DNA of 64,000 nucleotides, from positions 76,076,001 through 76,140,000 of the forward strand of contig NW_024704742.1 of assembly GCF_018977255.1 (NCBI RefSeq), written 5' to 3'. The DNA comes from Callorhinchus milii (taxonomy: Eukaryota). Under the pieces are notes generated by a model. The model was not told the origin of the DNA. It did not search any database and saw only the letters and a list, made by a program, of their open reading frames with translations. Positions 39,611-53,267 of this stretch are shown piece after piece (positions within the stretch are counted from its first letter, which is position 1; each line of letters starts with the position of its first letter). Position numbers and translations under genes: made by a program.

Positions 39611-41757
39611 GTTTCAGTATTAAAATGAGATAAGTTGACTTCAGGTCTACGTTTTTAGTCCCTTCTTGTGAACACGCAGCCTCGAAGCCTAATTGGTTTT
39701 GGTGCCTGGTGAAACATAGGTGATTTCCCCCTTTCCAGCTCAGTGTCAAACCATGTTATTTTTTTACTGCTTTGTGACGCTACCTGCATGAAGAACGTGA
39801 TATGAATGTAAGTTGTTGTTGATGGTCCATAAGCTGCAGCTCTATTGCACCATTGGGTTGCCCTTTATTTTATTGTTGAAGCTCTGAGACCCAGTAGAAA
39901 GTACATTGATGTCAGTTTAAAACCTTGCTTGAATATAAAACAATGCATAACACAAATGTGAGTAAACCCTGACTATAAATGAAACATTTAACCAGTGTAG
40001 AAACACCCGGCAGTAGCTCTGGCACTAGATCTGAAAATCAAGAGCAAGCTTTCAATTAAAAAGCAGGGATCACCTGTGCGAGGCCAAAAGCAGATGGGCT
40101 TCGAGGCTGCATGTTCACAGGAAGGGAATAAAAATTAGACCTGAATTCAACTTGTGTCACTCTAGCACCTCCTGCTGGCCAGTTCTGGAGTGGCCGGCTC
40201 CTCAGTGGCAGATGTGGAGGAATCTGCCAAGTTACCTGCACGATAGTGAATCAGCTCAAAAGAGAGATGAAACATGCAGAGAAGTAACAGAACACACATA
40301 TGCCAGTGTACTGTGCTGATATTGTAATACTTGTGAATTTATTAGTGAAAGCAATGTATTGCCAGTGTTCTGGAGAGAACAGTTTTCAGCAGAAATTCTT
40401 TACTATGGAAAATTGAAAGGAACTTCTGGCCTACAAGTGTTAAGTACGGAATACTGATATTTTCACATTTTTCTTTCCAATACACCGCCTGCCCTGGGGC
40501 TCTCTGAAGGTGACTGACACCAGGCATTTTGCTGGGAGGTAACACGCACTAGTGTCCAGGTTGAGCTGAACTCCATTCAAATAAGGCCCTTAAAGCTAAT
40601 AGACAAGAGATGGAAGTTATTCACTCTCCCGGGCTGGTTGGATTCAAACAAGTCCCAACGGGTAAATCTTTATTCGTTATTCACATATTCTTTCCTAAGT
40701 TTAGAAAGTGCTTGAGAATCCTAAAATTCTTCCAGCATTCATGTATATGATGATGACAATTATACACGGGCAACCCATCTCACTTACGGCAGCTGTATAG
40801 GGCTCGCATGTCAGTGTTGGAACTATTTGAGCACGATACCCAGTCACACCCTCAAACCACCTGCTGCTGGCGATGGTCACACACAATGTAAGATTCCTAT
40901 CAAACAGCACTCTGGGTGGGGCCAATATCTCAATGGATGCCAACGGTACTGTGGCCACCTGTCACCTTTCTGATTTTCATGTTGTGTATGTTCCTTCCAG
41001 AAAATTGTAGGACTCCAAGTGTAAGTGATACGAACTAATAGTCAACCTGTCATTGTTCATCACCAGACAACTGTGAGCAGGACACCTGGTAGTTTTGAAC
41101 TGACATCCCAGGCAACCCTGATTGTCTTCTCCAATTGCAAATACACAGTACATTCCTACTCCACCCCCCCACCACCACCACCCCTCCCCATCTTGCAAAG
41201 GAATAAGCAGGACTTGCAAGCCTCTGGCTGACCTCCAGCATTCTGAAATGACACCAAGGTAATAATAATAATAATCCTTGTATTTGATATAGCGCCTCAT
41301 CATGTTGTTGAGACTTCTCAAAGCGCTTCACAGAATATATTAAGTGGATTCGTTGTGTATTTTGTGGGTGAAATGCAGCAGCCAATTGTGCGCAGAAGAT
41401 TCCCACAAACAGTTGTGAATTGAGTGACCAAACGTTTGTTTTGGGAGAGATTATTACCCCCTGGAATTGACTAACAATGGGATTCCTACGTACTACTAGG
41501 TAAACAGAGGTGTGTGGAGTAAGGAAACTTGCCTAAGGTTTCGCCCTGTCCGGAAATCAAACCCAGGTCCTCTCGCTTGCGAGGTGAGTGCTCTAACTAA
41601 CCATTACACTACAGGACTCCAATATGCTCTAGGATTCCAAAGGTCATGAAGTTGACACTGATATCCCCTCCACTTCAACAGTAGCAACATAGTGATCCAT
41701 AATCCATTCAAAGAGCCCCCTACACTTTTTTCAAGGTGGTGAATAGACACAACAGTG

Positions 41758-42072
41758 TAATAATAATAATAATCCTTGCCTTTGATATAGTGCTTTTCAT
41801 GTATTCGAGACGTCTCAAAGCGCTTCACAGAATATACTGTAAAGTGAATTGACTGTATATTTGTGGGTGAAACTCGGCAGCCAATTGCGCACAGCAGTGT
41901 CCCACAAACAGTCGTGGATTGAAGAGACCAATTTATTATTGTTTTTTATTTTCTTGAGGAATTATTATCAGGCGTGTGGAGTAAGGAAACTTGCCCAACA
42001 TTTTGCCCTTCCAGGAATCAAACCCAGGTCTCTCGCTTGAGAGGCGAGTGTTCTAACCACTGAGCTACAGGA
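41758..42072 (-). mobile_element. tRNA-headed SINE with (TAT)n tail; copies at ~17940-18228, 18770-19035 (+), 26300-26605, 26610-26943, 41260-41620, 44245-44570, 59625-60000
   Basis: Minus strand begins ctcctgTAGCTCAGTGGttagaacactcgcc...GGTTTGATTCC (Pol III A and B boxes); the 3' part is shared with the DeuSINE; copies are highly similar to each other. Confidence 0.85.
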
Positions 42073-44906
42073 GTGTACGGTATGAGTGACAGCAAGACCT
42101 TTTGCTCAGCGACACTTCACAGTGTGTTTCACGGAGCCTTGTGGATTATGGCTTAAGATACGTTTATAAAAAGAGACTGCAGTAATTCATGGTTGCCACC
42201 CAGGCATTCTCCATAGGTCTCGGAAAGTGCTTCATGACATTTTAAAATACCTGCCGGCTGCAATTCTGCTGATAACCGCCACAGGAAAATAACACTTTTT
42301 ACAATCCAAGTGAAATGAAGGATGAGGCTTTGAAATCACATAATAGTACATTAATCTAGTAGCACATGAACTTCACTTTTTTATATCAGAACACACAGTC
42401 AGCAGCCCCTTATCTATCTTGTATAACTGTTCCTGGAAAATACAAGCAATACATCTGCTTTAGCTACAAATTTTAAAAAATTACACTCTTGCCTCTAAAT
42501 GTGGGTTCAAGCCCCAGAACTTTTTTTAGATTGTGGTCGGGACTTTGAGCTCGTCTTGGCTGATACGCTAAGGCAGTTCTGTGGTGTGTGGCAATGGTGG
42601 TGGTTGGGAGGGGGGTTTGAGGGCCTCATTGTTTGAGGTGCCATTCTTCAGATAAAACATTAAATCAAACCTGGCAGCTGAGGGCCTTCTTTATTCAGAA
42701 TAATACTGATCTTGTGAAGAGGAACATTTAAAAGGCTCACTAGTCATATTACAATCTCCTTCTGCCCCAGGAAGGCAGGAACAACGATTGATTAGTGAGA
42801 GCAGGATATCTAAGGTGTCCTGGCTCAGGTGATAGCACTCTTCCCTTAAATCAGAAGCTTATACGCTGCATTGTTTGAGGTGTTGACCTTCAGATGAGAA
42901 GTTAAACAAAGGTCCCATCTGCTTGTTCAAGTGTATGACCATCACTATTGCAAAAGAGAAGAAAGTTTCTCTCGGTCTCCTGGCCAACAATCCTCCTGAG
43001 AAAATGGGCGCTCATCCATGACTGTTTGTGGGACATTGCTGAGTGCAAATTATTATTACATTCTGTTTTTACTTTCATTTTTTAAAAAATGGCATTTCAT
43101 CTTATACTTCACAGATGTGTCAGCCTGGCTCAGTTGGTTGTTTTCTTCTCTCCTCTCCTGAAGGCATTACTACAACTATTGATTTGTCCAGACCCACCTA
43201 TAATGTACCACCCTGCTATGATTGGATTGGGTTGTGGTCAGAAAGCTGTAGCCTTAAGCTCCACTTAGGGAACTTTGAGCCCACTGTCAAGACTGACACT
43301 CCAGTCCAGTGCTGGGAGAGCACTGCATTGTTGGAGGTGTGTCCTTCAGATGAGACAATAAATCGAGATCCCATCTGCGGTATTTCAGTGTACAACAGAG
43401 ATCCACTCTACTTAAAATGAGAAGGGAATTTCTCCTGTCGTTTGGGCCAACATTTCCATAGATTTAAAAAAAACGGTAATTCCTTTCTTAGCTTGTAGGA
43501 CATTGTTGTGTACATATTGGCTGCCACATTTGCCTACAACTATCCAGTCATTATATTTTACAGTAAATTCTGTTTAGCGCTTTGAAATATTTCAAGATTG
43601 TGATAAGACTATATCAAATGCAAGGATTATTATTGTGACCAAACACTTGCTCTCCAGGCTAACACATGAAGAATAGTCACTTGGTTGAGGTGTGCTAGGT
43701 CTTTGGAGCCTATGAACAGTGCTCCAGCCAGAGCTACCACTTTCAGCAAAAAATAGGGGAAACGTTTTGTGGGGAGAAAACAATCTATGAATAATAATAA
43801 AAATGTGCCTTGGATTCAATGAGATGATAAGGCACTCTTATTATATTTTATAACTCAATTTCAAAAAGCAACAAAGGGTTATAGTGAATTAATATCAATA
43901 GTACTGCAATATAAAATGCTTCACTGTAGCCTGAATTTGCTTAGAATGCAGTCAGACTGTGGACCTAATTTGCAGCCTGCTGGATTCCCATCAGCTTGGT
44001 TTTAGCACTAAAACAGCTGACTACTGGGTCATCAAGTAACTGCCAATGTCACTGCAAAATAATCTTGCCTTTGTAATGCCCTTTATCACATCGGAACATC
44101 TGAAAGATCTTCAGAGATATTCACGGACAAGTGACTGTTTTTGTTGGCTAATTCAGAATTTGTTTAACACAAACAGNAAAAAGCTACAAGATGAACAACC
44201 ATTTAAACTGGAGAAGTGTTAGCCAGGGCACTGGAGTAACTTTATTATAATAATATAATCCTTGCATTTGATATAGCGTCTTATCACATTTTCGAGACGT
44301 CTCAAAGAGCTTCACAGAATACACTGCAAAGTGAATTGACTGTAAATTTTGGGGGAAAATGCGGCAGCCAATTGCGCACAGCAGTGTCCTACAAACAGTC
44401 GTGGATTGAGCGACCCAATTGTTATTAAGGGATTATTACTGCCGGAAAAGCGATCTGCTAATCCACTAACAACCGGGATCCTACTTACTGCTAGGTAAAC
44501 AGAGGTGTGTTGAGTAAGTAAACTTGCCCAACATTTCATCCTGCTGGGAATCGAACCCACGTCCTATCGGCTCAGGATCTTTAACGTCCACCTGAACAGT
44601 CAGACACAATCTCGGTTTAATGTGTCATCCATATGACGGCACTCCTGACAGTACCCCTCCCCTAGTCTACACTATTGTAATTCTAGCCTGGGATCTTAAG
44701 TTAGGTGTGGGGTTTGAACCCACAACCTTTTGACCCAGAACAAGAGTGCTGATAATTGAGCTAAACTAACACCTCATGTTCCTTTCAATTGCATTTACTC
44801 GTTAGGTTTTTAGTTCTAATTTGAATGCAATTATGAAGTTGCTTTCAATTGTAATAAATTAAAAAAATTAAAGCATTCTTGAAAATATAAAAAGTTGCTG
44901 CCTTAC

Positions 44907-45022
44907 TGCATAGTCTTATGATGAAGTTAACATTCGTGTTTATAATGGAACGTTTCCAGGTACTTCATTAAAATTCCCTGGTCTTCATGTCTGCCTCTCA
45001 GGAAAAGCCTATTCATACATTC
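44907..45022 (-). pseudogene. DCK: Deoxycytidine kinase (DCK) exon remnant with premature stop
   Basis: ttttccag|GAA TGT...ATG CA|gtaagg, 116 bp. Translates [37 protein letters not shown] versus human [39 protein letters not shown]. TAA at 44929-44927 replaces W. Lies between MOB1B and SLC4A4 on the same strand, as DCK does in human. Confidence 0.85.
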
Positions 45023-47789
45023 CTGGAAAATACAGTGAAACAAATATAATGAGATATTTGAGGGAATGGATTATCTAGGAAGATAGACACTGGCCTTTCA
45101 TCTATGGGCCTGTTTGAATCCGCACGAACTGAGGGATGACAATCATCTGTTTCGAATTTGGGACAGTTTCAACCCAACTCCTGGTGAACATAAGCTGAAA
45201 GCTGCTTTTAACTTGGAACCAATTGGCTATCACATTCAGCCAGGCCACAGGATAGCTCATCAATGTTCCACTGGTTCAGTGTGAAGAATGTTCTCTGCTG
45301 GGCTGAGTAGATAATAAGAGAGATTCAGATGAAGAACCTTTGGCCCATTTGATATCATCTTTCCAGAATATCCATCCAATTGTCTTCCTTTTATAGCATC
45401 AAATTGTCCCTTAAATGAGGAACAAATTACATTTATAATGGGATGATGTCCAAAAGGTGCTGGACAGATAAGGATTTGCACCCGAGCTCCTGGTTGGAAT
45501 CAAGAGGGATGGAGGGTAAGGGGGCGGGGATGGGAGGCATGGTCAAAGAGGAATGTCTTAAGATAGGCTGTGAAGGAGGCCAGGGAGGGGGGGTGAAGTG
45601 GAGGGATTCTGCAATTGAGTTCCAAAGGGTGGGGGCAGAAAGGCAAAGGCCTGGTCGCTGATGGTGGAGAAGGCAGTGGGGGGCACAGAGGAAGCCAGTA
45701 CCCGCTGAGTGGAGAGAACAGAGAGGTTGGTTTGGTGTAATTAGGCCACAGAGGTAGGGAGGAGCAAAACCATTAAGGGCTTTAAAAGTGAGGGCAAGGA
45801 TTTTAAACTCAATCCTCTCCGGGATAGTCATTCTTCATAAGATGCATAACTCACAATTTAGTCCAACCTGAGTCTTACTGCTCTGTGACCTGTGTGACTT
45901 CTATTCTGTTAGCACACATCACACCCATCAAATTCCCTTCCATCTCTAGAGGTGCTGGCACAGTCCAAGTACACGTTTACTGGAGATGGTCACTTTCTGT
46001 ATCTTGCTCAAATGCCCATTCTCCCCAAATCTCTTCATGCACGCCTTCTCTTCCCTGCCCCCAAACCCTGATGCAAATGTAACTTTTTGACTGTGTAGTG
46101 TGTTTGATACCCTCAAACACTTCCTTCTTCCCACCCTGCTCGAGAATACATTGTATATTGCTATCAGCACTCGATCCTCATCATCTTTGTGGGAGTGTGT
46201 CCAGATGTCCACTTTATGTGATAGATCTTAAATAACTAAGTTTTGTTCTGCACGTCGCTGGTCCCCTCCACTCCACCATCAGCGGCCGTGCTTTCAGCCA
46301 CGACACCTCAAAACTTTGGAACTCATTGCCTCAATCCCATGACCTTGCCTCCTCTTTGCCCATCTTCAGCATCGCACCTGAGGATTTTCGTCTTCGACTG
46401 TGCCTCCAGTCGTCTCCCCTCTCTCCCTGGCTGTGTCAAACTCACCCATTGTTAAGCACTCCGAGAGGTTGACCCTCAAGAACAGCAGTAGATAAATGCA
46501 ACTTGTTGTTGTATTGGGTCATTTGCGGCAGGGCAGAAGAAAACTAGGGCCGAGCGCAAGTTTCCAACAGGTTTACAAAATACCAAACAGCAGTGGAATC
46601 CTAGCTAACTTTCTCCGCCTATGGTACGGTAACTGAGACTAATTATAGCTACCAAACTGGTGCCCTGTCACTCAATCTGGGCACTAGGTCAATAATGATC
46701 GGGTTCAGAGGTTAGTGGCTCTACATTATTGTGAAATATGAATAGATAAAAATGACACATTTTAGCCAAAAAATATCCTTGATCCAAGGTTCGCTGACAG
46801 GATCACGCCATCTGTTGAAGAGGCTTAGAGTTAATATCACAAACCAGAGCAGCTGTAATGCAAGACTATCCGACAAATAGCATCCCACATTCCAGATACA
46901 ACAGGCCTGTGGATTAGTTTCACTGCCTACACAGAAATCCCTACGATATTCAGTCCTGCTGCAGGGTGGAAAAAGAAACTCTTGATCTGGTCCTACCAAC
47001 ATGGCAATCGGAGCCCTGTCACACATAGAAGTTTGGAGAGAAAATAAAGATAGCCCTCCCAATCGGAGAGCTGCTCTTAGCCCTCAGCCAATGTCATTCT
47101 CGACGTGAGAGGTGCCATACAGCAACACACCACATGCTGATAAGCATTGTGCGCAAGTGACTGCCACATTTCACCCACAAATAGTCAATTCACTTTACAG
47201 AATATTCTGTGAAGCTCTCTGAGACATCTCAATTACATGATAAGGAACTATATCAGATGCAAGGATTATTATTATAATACCTCTTTTAAAAGCATCTTCC
47301 AAAATGATTCACAGCAAACCAGAAAATTCAAACACAAAATGCAACCTTGTATTGTAGGTGTCGACCTGGCTGAGTTGGTAACAATCTGGCCTCTGAGTCA
47401 GAAGGTTGACGATTAAGGTACCAACCGTGGTGCTCAAAGCAGTTAGCCTGACATTCCTGTAGCAGGGATGGGGCAGTGCCACCTTTTGGACATGCCGCCC
47501 TTCGGATGAAATGTTAAACCGAGGTCCCACCTGGCTGTTCAGGTAGACATTAAAGTTCCCATGGCACTATTTGAAAAGGGAAAGGAGTTTCTCCTGGTGT
47601 CCTGGCCAACAATCCCCCAAATATAAAGAATACTCATTCACTTCACGGCTGTTTATGGGACGTTACTTGGAAGATCTAACAGAGTACGTTTTGTACGCCA
47701 CACGAGTACATTTTAGCTATAATCCAGCAACCTACTCCCCCTCCCATTAGCTCAGATCCATGTGTTAAAAACAACAACCGAGACAAGTT

Positions 47790-50700
47790 TGCTTTGTTTT
47801 TGATAAACTTTAATTTTCTTTATAAATAGCCTCACAACATAAATCCTATAAGTTTAAATATTTGAACTTTTTTCCAACCCATCACAATACAACAAGCTGT
47901 ACACATTATTTACATATATCTGGCAACTATGTTATCAAACAAACACTAGAAGAGCTGGTAAAATTAAAATAACTTGTCAAAAAGGGCTCCTCTTCGGATT
48001 GCCAATTACAGTGTGTCTGCTTTAAGTGCGTCAAAGCTGTGAATCCAGCAGCATTGTTGGTACAGTTAGTGTATTCTACTGATTCCTCCATGTCCCCAAA
48101 TTCATTGAATTACATTTGAAATGGGGGAAATTATTTTCTCCCAAGACACAATATCTAGCTGATGCAGAACTCAGAACCCTCTGGTCCCAAGTTAACTGAC
48201 GGACCAACCCCTGCATGGTGTTAGCTAACATCTGCCAGGTGTTGGTATAGATCAGTTGGTAGCACTCTCTCTTCTAAGTCAGAAGGTTGTCACTTTGAGC
48301 TCATAGTCTAGTCTGAAACTCCAGTGAGTGCTGAATATGCTGACGTTGTACACCTAATACGTCTTGAGTTCACAGTCTAAGCGGACACTCCAGCACAGTA
48401 CTGGGGGATCGCTGCATTGTCGGAGATGCCATCATTTGGATGAGACTTTAAACTGAGGCCCTGTCTGCCTGCGCAGATGTATGTTAAAGACCCCATGACT
48501 CTATTCGAAAAGAGGAGGGAGTTTCTCCCAGGGTCCTGGCCAACAATTCTCCAGATAGAATGAGTCATTAACTTTATGGATGCTTGTGGGAAATTGCTGT
48601 TGGTTGCCATGTTCGCTTACATATACAGTCACTAGTTTGCGGTAAATCTTGTGAAGCGTTTTGAGATGTTTTGATGATGTGATAAAGCGCTATATCAAAA
48701 TGCAAGGATTATTACATCTAGGCCGTTGAGTTAATTTTGCCTGTGAAAATTTTGGCCACAAATTATTACTAAGAGTTAAGCATCTACATAAATGCTTGCT
48801 TAGGAGTGAACTCAAAAATGAAGGCACACTGGCATAGGCTTGGTGACTGACCAGAACTAATCCTGCGTTTTGCTGTGTAGACCACTATCCCAGTCAGGTT
48901 TTTCAAAATACATGTACTGTAGGAGGCTGCTGGCGAAGATTATATAGGAGATATCTTAACATGTTATCACTGCTTGTTCTGTCAGATGGTTTGGGGGGGA
49001 ACGGATAAAGAATCCTAACACAAACCCCCTTAAACTGGATTCAAAGACCAAACACATTTGCACAGTACAAATCAATATTGGTTCAGTTTTGTAAATCATG
49101 ATGTGAATTTACAGCATGCAGTGCCCAGACTGCAAAATGCTTTGTGAATCAGGCTCCTTGCCATCAATCAGGCTAGACAGGCTATATGCCTTTTCCACAT
49201 TTTAGTTCCAAAAGCCCTCAATAGACACCCAAACCCCAAAGCTTTGTTTATAGTGTCCTCCAGGGACCCACAGTATTGCGATACATTTCCTGCTTTCAAG
49301 GCTGATTGGACATCTTCCTGGGCATGGTTCACAGGACCTCCCGACATCTGTAGAGACTTAGTAACCGCTGGAAATGTGGACTGGCTGGCTTTCTGTGCAC
49401 GATGTACAGGGGCTTATATATACTGAGGCTTGGCGGTGTATTATAACTCAATCCTTTAAACAGGGTAACATGGAGTCTGATTTTCTGGATCCAACCAGTG
49501 TTATAATGGTGTCAGGCTATAGCCCACCTTTCAACTCAAATATAAACTGCACTGTGTCAAAATCCTAAAAATTGCTGCAATACAATTTGCCGTATATCTA
49601 GGCAAACAAATCCCAGTCTAAACTACACTCTGCTAATGTTCAAATACCAAACCACTACAACTTTCAATGCATAATTCAAAGAATAAAATCTGACCCCGCA
49701 ATCAAACCCCCCCAAAAAACTCAATCTTAAATAGAGTTTAAAATACAGCATCACAATGGGGGAAAGGGGAATTCATCCTCAGTGAGTCAATAACTATAGT
49801 ATCTATAGTTTAAAAGTGCAACTCTTTGGATACAAGATGAATGAATCAAGCCTATGGCCTGAAATTCCACCCATTCTTAGTCTGCAAGTTCTTGCTGCCA
49901 TAAACATTATCTGTGTGCCAGCCTGGTTCTCGCTTCTGAGTCAGAAGGTTGTGAGGTCAAGCCCCACCCTGGGAATTAAACTCATTGTCCAAACTGACAT
50001 GCCAATGCAGTGTAGGTGTGTGTCGCATTGTCAGAGGTGCTTGTCCTTCAGCTGAGACATAAAACCGAGGTCCCGTCTACCTGCTCAGGTGGACATTAAA
50101 GATGCCATGGCACTATTCAAAAAGGGAAGGATGCTTCTCTTAGAGCCCTGGCCAATAAGCCCCCAAATAAAATTGGTCATTCATTTCATGGCTGTTTGTG
50201 AGACATTGCTGTGTGCAAATTGGCTGCTTCGTACACCCAAAAATACAGTCAATCCACTTTACAGTGTATCCTATGAAGCTCTTTGAGATGTCCTCTGGAC
50301 ATGAAAGGTGCTATATCAAATGCAAGGATTATTATTATTATTATTATGCAGATTAGTGAAAAATTCATTAATTCCACCTAAATTTGGAAGCTGTTTTTTC
50401 TGAAGAAGGGTTTAGGGATTCTTCCCACTCAGCTCCCGTTAACCTTGCAAACCAAAGTCACAGTGTGGTCCTAGCTGGACAAGTAGTGTGAAGCTTGCCA
50501 GACAGTGCTCAGAGTGGCAATCTGTGCCAGAAAGGGTAGCCGTAATCTGAACATTGGACTTATTTAAAAAACAACTTGTTGTTGTGATGGAAAACCTCTA
50601 GGGTGGGTATTCTGGAAGAATTAAACCAGATGGGCCAAAGGCTGTCTTCATTGGAACAAATCTTGTGATCACACTTTCTGGAATTAGGTAAGATGGATGC

Positions 50701-53189
50701 GTCCCTCCATAGAGAGTGTGAACTCAATTCTATTACCTATGATAAATTTCCACTTGCAGTTGGCACACATATGTATATGTGGAACTCACATACATATGTG
50801 GAACTCTCACTCTGATTTGAAGTTACTCTTAAACATTGCTAAGGGATTCAGCATGCGTCAGGCACCTAGCTAACCAAATGCAAAAACAAACATTTTGACT
50901 GAATTTAAGAATATTTCACAATTCTGCATAACCTAAAGTTTTAAAACTAAATGATCCAGGTGGAATTTCATACCTGTCCTGTTTTTCTGGTTTGATATAT
51001 CTGAACGCAAAGAGGATATTTTCTCCATATTAAACTGTGTGTTTTCACCTAGACCATTTAGTTTTAAAACAAGATCCCAAGCTTCTTAGCCTACAAAGAC
51101 AATATTAACTGATGCAACATAAATCTCCTTTAAAGTACATCAGCCTCTAATAAGGTGCCAGTGACAAGTAAAGGTGATGGTTTTACTAACGGAGACCTTA
51201 ACAACTACAAATGACATATGGATAGTGCCTTTCACACCTGGAGGAAGTAACCAGATTACGGTCCACGTTACTGAGGTTACACTCAATCCCGCTGCTGATT
51301 TGATTTAAATTGCTTGTAAAAATCTACCAAGGCTGAACAAGAAGGAATTATTATTATTATTAGGGACTAAAATGAACAAATTGCAGAAATTATGCTTGAA
51401 GTAATTCTCAAGACGCAGCCTGTTTTACGAGACACAGAGAAGTAGGTTGCATAGTTAGCCAGAGATCAGCCATGTAAGAAATACAGCTTTAGGATATAAG
51501 TGTTTACTAGTTAGCTAATCAGAACTCGAGCTCGGCAAAATCGTTGTTATTTTCACATGCCGTTTTGATATGTGTGTATTTACCAATGCAGTTTCTTTTA
51601 AAAGGGCATCTTTAAGACATAATTTATTAAAAGGGTGTATTAATTTACTCTTATGACAGCCTACATTATTCTTTTGAAAGCATCAGATTAAAAACACTGG
51701 AGCGGAGGATATCCGAACTTGAATAACCAGCTAACCAGCGTACTCAATAATCATGCCTCAACGCACCATCATAGAAACCCCGAGGCACTTCAAAGGTTTT
51801 ACGAGCTGAGCTCAAGTTCTGAATACCGAGTAAAATACCACTGAGGCTAAGAAAATGAATCACACTCATGAAAATAAGACCAGACTTTACCATCAATATC
51901 CAGCCCAATCCATTTTGCAGGCAGTACACAGAATTACATAGAATGCTACAGCACAGAAACAGGCCATTTGGCCTTACTAGTCCACGGTCAGTGTTTATAC
52001 TCCAAATGAGCCTCTTCCCCTCCTAGACTCCTCTCCCTTACCCCCTCTATTCCCTAAAGCCCTGTAATGCTGGTATCAGAACTATGTAAGTATGATAGAA
52101 GCAGTGTATTGGAAGAAACTTATTGACAGTAGTGTAGAAGATATTCTCTTGCGATAAAAGCTTCAGATCTCTTACTTTACTCTCAATCTCCAGTGTAGCC
52201 TTTACAGATCTGGTAGAGTGAATGGATAACATCTGGTGTATCCATGAACTAAATATATTTAATCAACCTAGCATTGCAGGGTTGTATTGACAAAACAATG
52301 TCCCGACTATAACATAAATTACCAGCATCAATTGTACCATTAAACTATTAAGAGACAGAAATTCCAGCCTAGTCGATATTTAGTCTGTTTTCTTCGCATT
52401 TTAGACCATCAAGAATTAGACAAATTCTTACATACGGTTTTAATTTAATGCCAGTTTTTTGAAAGCTGAAGCATTTGCCCACAAAACACAGTCACCCCAC
52501 TTTACAGTAAATCCTGTGAAGCGTTTTGGGACATCTCCCGACGTGAAAGCGCTACACCAATTACAAGGATTATTAAGACTGAATAATAATCCTTGTAATT
52601 GATATACCGCTTTCTACAAGCTCTGAAGTGCTTAGCCAATTGACTAAATATAGACTCATGTGGAATTTCTACCCCTTAGTATAGAGTGGTCAAAAATACC
52701 CTGCAGGGAGCATCTAAGGAACCAGCAGCCTTTTCTCAGTGAGAAGCTTTGAGAAACAAACCTATTTTTTCGACTGAAAGCTTTCTAGTCCAGCAGTGTC
52801 AAGCCCAGAATGCAATGTTGCTTTGCCAACCCATCTAAGTCCACGTGATGAAGCAGTTCAGGCACTTACTTGGATATAATGTATCTTCTACTGGGTGCCA
52901 ACAATGAATTGCACATCCAATGGGTATACGAGGATCTTAGGCCTCGTGATGCCTTAGGCCATCCCAAGTACATAGTTCACCACACACAAGCCTCCCGTCT
53001 AAATGAAGTCCTGTAACACCTACCAACACCATCCTTTTTGAAGCCTTCAAATAAGAAGTCAAGTTTTTGTCAACGCCAGCTCAGGATTAGCCAGGCTGCT
53101 CATACAAACCAGCACTGTGCTAGTTTAAAGGAAAAAAAATGCCTTGAAGAATAATGACGAGACTGTGTTTGTCCTTGTCCACTTCCTGT
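47790..53189 (-). other. MOB1B: Possible long MOB1B 3' UTR with candidate distal poly(A) signal
   Basis: Minus-strand ATTAAA at ~47809-47814 followed by GU/U-rich cttgtctcggttgttgttttt; another AATAAA at ~51623-51628. Extent is inferred, not shown. Confidence 0.3.
48235..48715 (+). mobile_element. Deu-domain SINE (tRNA-like head, Deu core, L2-like tail); many other copies e.g. ~11620-11970, 13050-13380, 25340-25900, 29670-30280, 43120-43635, 47360-47670, 49915-50346, 58625-59035, 63660-64000
   Basis: Core gctgcattgtcggagatgcc..ggatgagac.ttaaac.gagg.cc.gtctgcc..gttaaaga.cccatg.c.ctattcgaa..ggagtttctccc..gtcctggccaa resembles the DeuSINE (SacSINE1/AmnSINE1) core; tail gcgctatatcaaa.tgcaaggatta. 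Confidence 0.8.
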
Positions 53190-53267
53190 TTATCTGTCTT
53201 TTGTAGTTAGTTTCTCGATCAACTCCTGAAGTGGAGCCAACTCTCTCCTGTCTATGAGGTTAAACTC
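53190..53267 (-). CDS. MOB1B: MOB1B last coding exon (EFNLIDRRELAPLQELIEKLTTKDR*)
   Basis: tttcag|GAGTTT...AGA TAA; contained in ORF 53190..53393. Confidence 0.96.
   Translation of the reverse strand, partial: EFNLIDRRELAPLQELIEKLTTKDR

Noticed and set aside
40342..40545. Possible DCK exon 6/7 remnant (IPYLTL..., SKEFL; also FSSTF* at ~40701)
   Set aside because: Similarity is weak and there are no matching splice boundaries; could be chance without an alignment.
42000..42072. tRNA gene
   Set aside because: A and B boxes are present, but it is the head of a multi-copy SINE and lacks a clean cloverleaf.
45330..45425. Possible DCK exon 4 remnant (GQF...QLDGY)
   Set aside because: Only a few matching residues and no YQDWH motif; unsupported.
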